Positions 10,992-20,000 of a DNA stretch of 20,000 nt are shown one piece after another; within the stretch, counting starts at the first letter, position 1; the number at the start of each line of letters is the position of its first letter. The position numbers and the translations under genes are program-made. Source of the DNA: Vezdaea acicularis. Taxonomy: Eukaryota. The notes beneath the pieces are model-generated. The model was given only the letters and a program-made list of their open reading frames with translations, made no database searches and was not told the origin of the DNA. Location: contig JAPEUI010000037.1 in assembly GCA_026025075.1 (NCBI GenBank), positions 115,865 through 135,864 on the forward strand, given 5' to 3'.

Positions 10992-11397
10992 GGATGTGAA
11001 TGGTTAGGGGATCTGGAGGTGGGACTTTGGGATCGAGCGGGTGGTGTTAGATGGGTTGGTGGTTAGGGCTGGGCTGGTTATCGCGAGTGGTTAATACTGA
11101 GCTAGAGGATAAAAACTCTTAACAGTGGAAAGCTCGTAGAGATAGGCTAAAAAATAGCAATTGACTTCTCTAGACTTGCGGAACTGGCGATCGCCCAGAG
11201 TACTGTCAGTCGACTTCAGCTGCACTGTGGTGGAGATTAAGTAGCGATTGTCTCATCAGAATATCATTGTCGCAGTAACTTATACAGACCATTTGCTGCT
11301 ACGACAGCTTCACACCTTTCCTTTATTTGATGTGTTATCCCTTATAGTTCACTAGGGAATCGAATCTCCCAAAGCGACCTTCCATGCTCTTTATCCT

Positions 11398-13664
11398 TTA
11401 CAAGCTCATCTCGTGGATACCACTGGGCCCCAGGTCATTATACTCGACCCTCGTCATAAAGCCCTTACTAACGCCCTGATCCACGACGAACACGACCTTG
11501 GCAGCGACCTGCGCCCCGAGAAACGCCGCCTCTTCAAAGCCCGCATCTTTCCACTCCGGAAAGTATTCCGGTGCCTTACTTACCTTGATGCTCGTAGGCG
11601 TCTGGCCGTGACTCGTGTGCGCTTGATGTGACCCGGGTGGGAGTTGGGTTGGAGGAGGGGCGAGGGAGGAAGAATTCAAGGCGGGGTTCGAAGCGGTGGT
11701 GGCGGCGTAGAGGAGCGGGTTGACGTGCGAGCCAACACCAGGTCCACCCGGGGGCATCCCGGGCGGCTGGGGCTGGGGCGTGTTGGCACCAGTGGCGAGC
11801 GGCGTGGAGAGGTTGGAAGGAAGCTCCGAGGTAAAGATCGTACCACTTGAGGGTGAGATGAGGTATTTAGAATTAAGAGTTGCAACGAGAGCTTCTTTGA
11901 AACCTAAGGGACACGAATTTGGTCAGTTTATGGCGGAAGCGCAGGACTGTCGGCATTACCACGAACCTTTCACTTTGCTCCCGTTGCCGAGGATTATGAG
12001 ACTATCCCATAGTTCCGAACGCTTTGAGATGTCATCAACAGCGAGCACGGTCCGATGTATGGAATCAGCAAGCGCGTCAAGGTTTCCGCCGCTGGTGGAC
12101 CGGAAACGTTCTATACCCACCTCCAGCTCTCGCCGAACAGTATCCGCGTTGACACCGTGGGCCAGCCGATTCTTCCGCCTCTCTTCCTTCCTCGCCGCCT
12201 TCTCTTGCTGTCGCCTCGACGCCTCTGTACCTGCCGCATCTTGAACGGGCTCTTGGCTTGGATTTATGTCAGCTTCAGAAACTAGGGCTGGTTCAGAAAG
12301 TTCCGGAGTCTTCTGCCGTTTTGAATTGGTACCATCCGGTCCTTCTTCGTCTATGGCTCTCTTTCCATTTTCGTTTCGGGACTCTTCCTCCACCTGACGT
12401 CTTTCCTCGAAGAGAAACGTATTTTTATCTCTCTTTGCGTTTGGGAGCCTAATCGGCTTTGCGGGACCGGCCGCAGCCTCTGCAGCAGCTTTCCTCGATG
12501 CCGCTCGTTCAGCCTTTTCCTTCTCCTTTCGAGCCAAAAACTCGCTCGTTTTCCCACTCGTGACAATTGCTGCGACATCAAGAATGCCATCTTCTGCCTC
12601 TTTCAGTTCAAGAGCGTCTGCTTCATCGCCAACATCGGTATCAAGACCCGGACCGCGAGGTGCTTCACCCTGAGCAGCTGCTGTGATTCGCTGACCAGGC
12701 CCAGAACCCACTGCGCCAGTAGAGGCAGCGGCTGCTGGATTTGTGACTATTTGACTCTCAGTCTCGGCGCTGCCGGGCAGAGGCGTCCCTTGTGGCAAGA
12801 TTTCACAGATGTTGCTTTTCTTCAGCTGCTCGCACATCTCTCTTGACCAGCCTTTAGGTCCAAGAAGCTTCAGGAGTTGGGCTGTCATCGCCTCTCCTCC
12901 ACAGCCTGCAATAGCCAACCCACGACCTATGTCATTGACCATAAAGTCGGTGACAGCCGTAACATCAGCCTTTTCATAGCCCACGTCGATGATCGTTGCT
13001 GTTGAGAGCCCGTAAGCGTAACATGCTGCAAGTCCTGAGTCCATGAGACAGAAAGCTGGTGTTTTGAACTTTTCGAAGAAGAATTGGGTCAGAGTTTCGT
13101 GGTTCTGAGCTGTCCATACTGGCTGCGAAATGAGAAGAATAGGTGTGTGGAACGGTGGACTAAGTGTATTATGAATGTGAGTAAGAAGCGCGAGGAAACA
13201 AGACCAGTCGACTATGCGGCCTCCTTCGAGTGGATATACGGCCCCTTCGTCGGAATTGGGGTCTTCCTCGTAGACAACCTCGTCTTCCTCTTGAGCGTCC
13301 CCATCATCTGCTTCCTTTCCTGTCCTACTTCCAGCGTCGCCCATTTCGATATCTTCCTTCGTGCCATTTTCTGTTAGCTTTGAACCGTTCGCGACGTTAC
13401 GCCTGATGATCTTCTCTCTGATTTTGTAAGGTTCCCATTCCCCTTTCCTTTCACCGGGGAACATGCGGGTCGGGATGCGTAGTCTGGCAGGTGTGAAAGA
13501 CTCTGGAAGGCCGAGCTGAGCCAATGTCGTAAGAGAGCCTGGAGCAATGATCTGAGACTACCGATCAGTTCCCCATCTGTAACAATGGCGGTGCGCCGGT
13601 CGAATCGTGCGTGTTGCGCAAGCACTGAACTTACCAAAATATGCTCATCTTTGAATGGAGGCAT
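11398..13664 (-). CDS. ARP9: Actin-related protein Arp9 (RSC / SWI-SNF chromatin remodelling subunit), ~706 aa
   Basis: Exons: 13664-13635 (MPPFKDEHIL), 13551-11967 (IIAPGSLTTLAQLGLPESFTP...FFEKFKTPAF...IIDVGYEKADVT...LIILGNGSKVK) and 11903-11398 (GFKEAL...FLGAQVAAKVVF...YNDLGPSGIHEMSL*). Introns: 13634-13552 (GTAAGT..CTGAT..CAG) and 11966-11904 (GTTCGT..CTGAC..TAG). Actin-fold motifs are present and the N-terminus matches the filamentous-fungal Arp9 type. Confidence 0.88.
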
Positions 13665-13745
13665 TCCGGGAATGGCGCGTGGCACTACGTCTCCTCCTTG
13701 ATAGATGGCCGCCCGAGTCTAATGAGAAATACGGAATGCCTCAAA

Positions 13746-13800
13746 CTAAAATTCTTAGCTTGAGTTCAGTTTGTTATTACCATGTACATGCTAACCTTAC
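13746..13800 (-). other. Probable 5'-UTR intron of ARP9 (55 nt)
   Basis: GTAAGG donor, GCTAAG branch-like site and TTTTAG acceptor. Its size matches the other introns here, but there is no reading-frame support. Confidence 0.5.
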
Positions 13801-13970
13801 CGTATACAACCAGCAAGATGTGTCACGAAGAGCAGCGAACAAATTATCACGCGTCGTCTCAGCCCAATGACTGAACTGGCCGCTTTATCCCCTAAGCAGA
13901 ATATCCTATTATTTTACCTTACAATACACTACTATAGTAGGTAGGAATCTATTAGGAAAAAAATATTTGC

Positions 13971-13978
13971 AAAAAAAA
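13971..13978 (-). terminator. RNA polymerase III terminator (T8) of the tRNA gene
   Basis: A8 on the + strand is a T8 run 15 nt downstream of the tRNA 3' end. Confidence 0.8.
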
Positions 13979-13993
13979 TTAATTTTCTGAAGA

Positions 13994-14074
13994 CGACACC
14001 TGTGTGATTCGAACACACGCTCCCGAAGGAAACAGCTTAGCAGGCTGCCGCGTTAACCACTCCGCCAAAGTGTC
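13994..14074 (-). tRNA. tRNA-Ser(GCT), intronless, 81 nt
   Basis: GACACTT/AGGTGTC acceptor stem with G discriminator; A box TGGCGGAGTGG; anticodon arm GCAGC-CTGCTAA-GCTGT (GCT at 14041-14039); long variable arm TTCCTTCGGGAGC; T arm GTGTG-TTCGAAT-CACAC. Confidence 0.97.
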
Positions 14075-14107
14075 CTTAGAAGATGTACATTTTATGCTCT
14101 ATTTTTG

Positions 14108-14116
14108 TATATATAT
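14108..14116 (-). promoter_or_regulatory. TATA-like element upstream of the tRNA gene
   Basis: TATATATA about 35-40 bp 5' of the mature tRNA start, where TFIIIB/TBP would bind. Confidence 0.45.
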
Positions 14117-14558
14117 TCTTCAGCACCCCAGGTATTCCAGAAGCTAGCGTGCTCTCTCCTGGTGGTACATCGCTTTGGCAAGGTTTGCTAGCATTATCCT
14201 TAAGGCACTCGAGAAAACGCGCACCCACTACCTTCTCGTCTTGAACGTCTTTAAATCCAGTGTATTTGGTCTTGCGAAGCGTAGACTTTCACTCATTAGG
14301 CACTAGGACACTCACGATTGCAGACGCGGGATTCATTGCGCTGACGTTCAAGCGTAAACAAAGCTTCTCCCTACTTTCGAATCGTTTATTTGTGTACTTC
14401 AATTGGCGCTGTAGAATACTACAATAATTACAAATCTCATTCTGGCATTTTCAGGGCTTTGTTCAAAGCGGACTGTGCTGTCCGGCTTTCGGCATTCCCC
14501 AAAAGTCGCTGGGTTTATAACAGCTAGTTGGCATGCAGCGCAAAGAGTTTCTCCTCTC

Positions 14559-16841
14559 ATGTCTTCCGCTTTCACTAAAAGGCTCGAAGATATGGGTAAT
14601 TTGACTCCAAAACTAGAAGAAGGATCCCTGAGAGACACGAACTCAGAAGTCATGGGAGATGATATGGCGATTTTTTCAAACATTGAATCGCATGATGATG
14701 TGGGAAGTCTTACTCGCACGTCCACTACTCAGGGCTTACCAGACACTACGGTGATTCCAATCTCACCAAATGAGGGGAAAAGTCCGAAACTCAAGTCTAC
14801 CGACGGGTCTATGAAGCAAAATAACGTCAAATTCGAGACATTAACGGAAGGGCTGGCGCATATCATAGTTCCCGAATGGAACCCTTCGCCAGAGCCTAAG
14901 AAAGGGAGCGATCTTGTTGGAAAGCCGCCTCAATCTGTTTTTTACAATCCGATTCAACAGTTTAACCGCGATTTGAGTGTTTTAGCAATCAGAGCTTATG
15001 GAGAGGAATTGTTCGACAGTCGGAGACAAAAGACTATTAGCAAGAAGAGGAAGCGTGGGAATAACGGCCCGGAGAATTTGGAAGCTCATCGCCAGGGGAC
15101 TGCGCCTACAGATCGAGGTGGTCTTCAAGATCCGAAAATGCAAGAAGCCCCGGAGGAGCCAAGGGGTGGAGTAAATGAACAGCCTCAGATTGATGAGCGT
15201 ACACCAGTGCTGGAGAGGAACCCTTCAGTAGCCAATGGAGCTGCAACTACACCTGGACACGAAATGGACCCGGTTTCTGTGAAGGATTTACGACAAGTTA
15301 ACTTGAGGATTCTGGACGCTCTCTCGGCAAGCGGCCTCCGAGCACTAAGATATGCCAAGGAGTTACCGTTCACAACATCAGTGGTAGCCAATGATCTATC
15401 TTCTACAGCAACCGAATCGATAAAACAGAACGTCGCTCATAATGGGCTTGAGGAGAAAATCGAAGTCGTAACAAGTAATGCTCTGACACATATGTATAGC
15501 CTTGTGGGCAATACTAGGCATTCCCTTAAGTATAATGTTATAGACTTGGATCCTTACGGCACTGCTGTACCCTTTCTCGATGCTGCGCTTCAATCTTTGC
15601 ACTCTGGTGGGCTCCTTTGTGTCACCTGCACAGACTCCGGAGTATGGGCTTCGACAGGTTATCCCGAGAAAGCATTTTCTCTTTATGGCGGCGTATCGCT
15701 TTCAGGCCCACACTGCCACGAAGCTGGTCTCCGCCTAATACTGAACTCAATAACCATGTCCGCTGCAAAGTATGGCATGGCTATTGAGCCTCTACTTTCT
15801 CTCTCGATCGATTTCTACGCTAGAGTCTTTGTCCGCATCAAGCATTCCGCAGCTGATGTCAAATTTCTTGCAGGGAAGACGATGGTAGTTTACAATTGTG
15901 ATGAAGGCTGTGGGGCCTGGTCGACACAAATGCTGGGTAGGAATAAAGCATCTAGGGATAGGAAAGGCGGCACCTATTATAAGCATTCTTTAGCTCAAGG
16001 ACCTAGTGCTTCTCAAATATGCGAGCATTGTGGCCGCAAAACTCACGTAAGTCACAAGCTCTAATTTGTTTATTTGATACTGATAGTCGACAAGCTTGCT
16101 GGACCAATGTACGGCGGAAGACTTCATTCTCCGCAGTTCATACAACGCATCCTGGATTTGCTTCCGACTCTCGATCAAGATACCTATCAGACTATACCAC
16201 GCATCCGTGGCATGCTTATCACTGCTCTAGAAGAATTCTTGCCCGAAAATTCGGTGAAACCTGGCTCTGACCTTCCGGAGCCTGTAAACACAACCGGTGA
16301 AGAGGCAACGCCGCCCATGTCCTTAAATCCAGCGACCCCTGAACCATATCCCTTTTTCTTCCTTCCACAAGTCCTCTCAAAAGTAATTCATTGCCAAACA
16401 CCGCCCGAAAATGCCCTTCGTGGGGCTCTGAAACACCTCGGCTACTCCACCAGTAGGAGCCACACCAAACCTGGAAGTATCCGTACCAATGCACCTTGGA
16501 GCGTCATTTGGGAAGTTATGAGAGAATGGGTGAGGCAGGAGGCGCCTATCAAACCAGGCGCATGTAAGGAAGGAACTGCTGGACATGTGATCATGAAAGG
16601 TGGCTTGAGCCAGCTCCAAGCAGAAGCCACAAATGTTCAGCGGATCATATCTGAGGAAAACGCTTTTATAACATCCCCAGATCAGGGTGACGAGAATGGC
16701 AGAGGCCCAAGCAAGCTGGAGGTCATTTTCGATGAAAGGCTGGGAGCAGAGTCGCAGAAGGGGCGTCTTGTAAGGTATCAGATGAACCCACGGGCAAACT
16801 GGGGACCTATGGTACGGGCTAAGGCCCAACCACCAACATAG
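14559..16841 (+). CDS. TRM1: tRNA (guanine26-N2,N2)-dimethyltransferase, ~744 aa (start uncertain)
   Basis: Trm1 motifs VFYNPIQQFNRDLS, ILDALSASGLRALRY, VIDLDPYG, GGLLCVTCTD, LSIDFYARVF, CEHCG, SHTKPGSIRTNAPW and NPRANWGP, plus NLS-like KKRKR (15042-15056). Exon 1 is 14559-16046, the intron is 16047-16094, and exon 2 is 16095-16841. The first in-frame ATG was used as the start. Confidence 0.95.
16047..16094 (+). other. Spliceosomal intron in TRM1 (48 nt, phase 0, AAG acceptor)
   Basis: GTAAGT donor, in-frame TAA inside, CTGAT branch and AAG acceptor. Splicing joins CGRKTH to LAGPMYGG. Confidence 0.88.
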
Positions 16842-17158
16842 ATACGCCATCCATCAGAAACACGCGCAGAGCGAGTACATAGAGTTAAAATGGCAGGAAG
16901 CCGACAGAGATAATTTCAACGTAGTAGCAGCATCTTCTGAGGAAGGGCACACTGTACGGTTACAGATCAGTTCGAGGATCATAGGCAAACTGCCTATTCA
17001 AACAGGACCGTAGGATAGAACTGATCTAAAATCTCCATTTGCATTCAACCGTTGAATGCATTACTCGTGAGTAGCGTTCAAAGCTGAAAACCTCCCAGCC
17101 CAAATATCCAGCGTAATCAGAAAATGCCCGAGAAAACCTCCCCGCTCTTCAAAACAAC

Positions 17159-18943
17159 CTAATCACTCCTCTTAGAACTCCCAATCGCCCTCCCTCTCAC
17201 GCCGTTCTCTAAGCTATGCGTGGCCACAGGCCAACCCTTGCTCGCCTCAGTCTCTAATGGCGTTGCCCCAGCGCTTGGTTTCCTTCCCCTGTTCTCATCT
17301 ATATCCAGTCCTTCGAGCCCATCGCTCAGTTCAATCAGATCGCCTTCAAGGCCCACCACCGCTCCTCCGAGCGCATTACGAGGTTTTTTACCTCTCTTCC
17401 CCTGTGAAGGTGCAGGTGGTAACGCAGAGGCGGCCCTAGACGCGATCTTCCTTACCCAACCCTCGATCGAGTTACTCATAGGTACAGCGGCGGCGGTCAG
17501 AGCTGGTAGGGGATCCTCGGTTTCGAAACCTGGCTTAGGTGTTACGTCAGGGAGATATGGTCCTAAATACTCATTGAGCTTATTCGGCGCTGGGCCTGGG
17601 TTTCGAGCACTAGGGTCAAGTGTACCAACACCTCCAGGTCCTATCATGTGCGCTGCAATTGAGTTGCCATTACTCCCTTTGCCATGGCTGCTTTTGCGCG
17701 CCAATGAAGGAGCTACTGAGCTGGATGCAGCTGGAGAGGAAGGCCGGACGAGGTCGAGAGAAGTTGAGGGAGTCACATCGAATTCGGAGTAGGAGTTTGA
17801 TTTCCGGCGGCCGGGTGGAAAGAAGCCTAGTGTTCTACGGGAGAGGCGTGCAAGCTCGATCGGATTAGGATGCGTTGGAAGGAGCACCCATGAATCATGC
17901 CGCCAAGGAGGGTCAGAGTTCGAGGACGACGAGTCTCGAGTTATGCTAGAAGATGTTCGGATATGTGTCTGTGGTGGCGGCCACGTGGTAAAGGGCTCAT
18001 CAGAGGCTGTTGGAGTCGTTTCGTCACTTAGGAGGTCGAGGGCATCTTCTGTCGGTGAGGGACATGGTCCACCTTTGACGCTGCAAGTATCGACGGGGAC
18101 CATGACAGTTTTGCGAGATTGAATGGTGTCGTTCGGCCAGAGACGATTTACGCGGCGAAAAACAGTCGGATGGCATCCAAACTTGATTGTGACACCAGCG
18201 AGTGTGTCTTGAGGTTGTACTTGGTAAATATACACCATAGCTTCTCTCGTCCCCTCTCGCTCATTTTCGACCGGCGGTGCCGAGGAGGTACGATCGTCAG
18301 ACATTCTGCGTTTGTAGTTGCCAGAGGAGTCCGACGTTTCGTATCCATTTGCTAAAAGCAGCCTCTCCCTCTTCTTTGCTTGTACCGTAGCTTCGCGCGA
18401 TTCACTGAATCCGATCCCAATCATGGCCCCACTTCCGTCTGAGGGCCCCCATTTTTGGGGTGGAACAGCACTTACTGCCCGGCGATGCTGGGCTAAAGAT
18501 GGCTTTGTACGCCGTGGTCGCCCTGTAGCCCTCTTATTATGCCCCTCCGTCCCCATTTCGACATCGTTACCAAGAACAGTCGAAGCTAAGCCTTGTAACG
18601 TTGACCATGAATTTCCTAAGATACTTGATGCTACCTTTGTTGGCGTCACCTCGCTACCACCCAAGCTTGACCCGCCCATAGGTTGCCCATCATCGCCAGA
18701 ACTTGATGGTCTCACATTCCTTCCCGTAGCCAGTCGAGAGGGGTGCTTACTAGGGATTGGCGATGGAGCTCTTGAAGGGCGTGGAGATTCAGAGGTCGAC
18801 GTGAGGAAAGTGCCGCTCGAGTCATAAAGCTCTTCGCCCTGGCCATCGAGCTTCGATATCAGCCGTCTGTTTCGAGGTCTTACGGTCGACGCGGTCGACG
18901 TTGAGGAAATGCCAGTCGTCTGTTGCGAAGGGGTGGTGTTCAT
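17159..18943 (-). CDS. Conserved fungal intracellular LysM (CBM50)-domain protein, 594 aa
   Basis: Single-exon ORF with a LysM signature YIYQVQPQDTLAGVTIKFGCHPTVFRRVNRLWPNDTIQSRKTVMVPV at ~18232-18092. The rest is Ser/Pro-rich and looks disordered. No signal peptide or TM segment is visible. Confidence 0.85.
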   Translation of the reverse strand: MNTTPSQQTTGISSTSTASTVRPRNRRLISKLDGQGEELYDSSGTFLTSTSESPRPSRAPSPIPSKHPSRLATGRNVRPSSSGDDGQPMGGSSLGGSEVTPTKVASSILGNSWSTLQGLASTVLGNDVEMGTEGHNKRATGRPRRTKPSLAQHRRAVSAVPPQKWGPSDGSGAMIGIGFSESREATVQAKKRERLLLANGYETSDSSGNYKRRMSDDRTSSAPPVENEREGTREAMVYIYQVQPQDTLAGVTIKFGCHPTVFRRVNRLWPNDTIQSRKTVMVPVDTCSVKGGPCPSPTEDALDLLSDETTPTASDEPFTTWPPPQTHIRTSSSITRDSSSSNSDPPWRHDSWVLLPTHPNPIELARLSRRTLGFFPPGRRKSNSYSEFDVTPSTSLDLVRPSSPAASSSVAPSLARKSSHGKGSNGNSIAAHMIGPGGVGTLDPSARNPGPAPNKLNEYLGPYLPDVTPKPGFETEDPLPALTAAAVPMSNSIEGWVRKIASRAASALPPAPSQGKRGKKPRNALGGAVVGLEGDLIELSDGLEGLDIDENRGRKPSAGATPLETEASKGWPVATHSLENGVRGRAIGSSKRSD

Positions 18944-19491
18944 ACTCGACTAGCCGGCCAAGGCGATGGGTCGATATTAAAGACTTCATGCGATGAGTGC
19001 CAGTGTCAAGCCCGCCAACACTGACATTCATTGAATGCTTATGGTTTTGACATTGAAGCTTGCTTTCTGAGGAGCTGAGGCGGCCATCAGCAAGGTTGGT
19101 AGGTGTTGTTTTGGGTTACTGCGCTTAAGACAGGCGATGACGAGTAGCCGAGTTTCAGACGGGCTCTGATTGACAATTTGCAGCAAGCTGTAGATGGGAT
19201 CAAAGCCTGCATCGCGCTCATTGCAATGAACGAAAGACAATTGCACGATTCGAAAGGGTATGAGACGTATCAAATCCGGTAGCTCAAGGGCAGGTAAGTG
19301 CAAGGACGGGTTTTATATGAAACTAGTAATCAACGTTAAGCAGCCACCGCTCACGGATCAAGGCTCCCCTAAAGCTAAGCCGGCTTGGCGAATTGGACTG
19401 TTATACATGTTGGGAAGCCATAGCTAATGTAGCAGCGTACATGCAGCTCAAAACAAACGCCAAGTGGTTCCAGATAGATTCAGCCCTCCGT

Positions 19492-20000
19492 TTAGCTAAT
19501 AAAACACAAGCAACCTAATCCTATGTAAAACACGAATAGGGGGTAAACAGCAATGCCTACTCGGTTTTTCACAACTCCCGAACCACCTAAGATGCTGACA
19601 CCTGCTGCCAAAGACCAAGCAATCAAAACGAGGTAAACTGGTACTCGCGCAATGGCTGGAAGGCCCAGCGCGCTGCACAAGGACGCAAGTACCAGTGGAA
19701 ACAGGGTATATCCGATAATACAAACAGATTGGAAGAAGGATCTTCGAAACCGTCAGTTTTGATGACCGAGCTTGGGGAGGGCGTCTCTCACATATTGCCG
19801 CCTAACAGCTTTATCTGGAGCGTCACGACCGCTTCCCCTATCCAGACCATCGCAAAGACGCCTGCGAAAACCCGAGACTTCTGATCACGCGAGGCCGATA
19901 TCGAAAGGAACATTGAGAGTAGTAAGCAGAATACGAGAGGGCCCCTGAAGACTGTGTCAGTTTTTCAAAGTTGCAAGTAGCTTAGCAATGGCATACCATA
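19492..20000 (-). CDS. YIP4: Yip1-domain membrane protein (Yip4/YIPF6-like), 3' part; begins beyond the right edge
   Basis: Exons: >20000-19997, 19944-19792 (W-GPLVFCLLLSMFL...VTLQIKLLGGNI) and 19741-19492 (SFFQSVCIIGYTLFPL...AVYPLFVFYIGLGCLCFIS*). Introns: 19996-19945 (GTATGC..CTGAC..CAG) and 19791-19742 (GTGAGA..CTGAC..AAG). LWGPL, GY.LFP and YP motifs are characteristic of the Yip1 family. Confidence 0.88.

Noticed and set aside
11003..11070. TTAGGG telomere-like hexamers
   Set aside because: Only two isolated copies in a G-rich tract, with no tandem array.
16047..16094. In-frame stop in TRM1 as a pseudogene or readthrough signal
   Set aside because: The stop lies inside a well-formed 48-nt intron.
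17220..18827. Plus-strand ORFs of 190 and 169 aa
   Set aside because: Antisense shadows of the LysM gene.
19025..19229. Short palindromes CATTCA-T-TGAATG (19025-19037) and TCATTGCAATGA (19218-19229) upstream of the LysM gene
   Set aside because: Six-bp arms are expected by chance several times in 20 kb, and there is no further support.

Overview
Gene-dense eukaryotic window from a filamentous ascomycete (Pezizomycotina-type genes, short 48-83 nt GT-AG introns). From left to right it holds: (1) the 5' part of fatty acid synthase alpha (FAS2, - strand, runs off the left edge); (2) a ~1.5 kb divergent promoter; (3) the complete fatty acid synthase beta (FAS1, +); (4) an unrecognised 323-aa acidic orphan ORF built from tandem SUMO-interacting-motif-like repeats; (5) actin-related protein ARP9 (-); (6) an intronless tRNA-Ser(GCT) (-); (7) tRNA m2,2G26 methyltransferase TRM1 (+); (8) an intracellular LysM-domain protein (-); and (9) the 3' part of a Yip1-family (YIP4/YIPF6-like) gene (-). 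Most of this is housekeeping sequence, and I saw no mobile element or CRISPR array. The best leads are the poly-SIM orphan in its strongly C/G-skewed surroundings, a possible non-AUG mitochondrial extension of TRM1, and a cluster of nested hairpins between TRM1 and the LysM gene. All calls come from reading the sequence; no searches were run.
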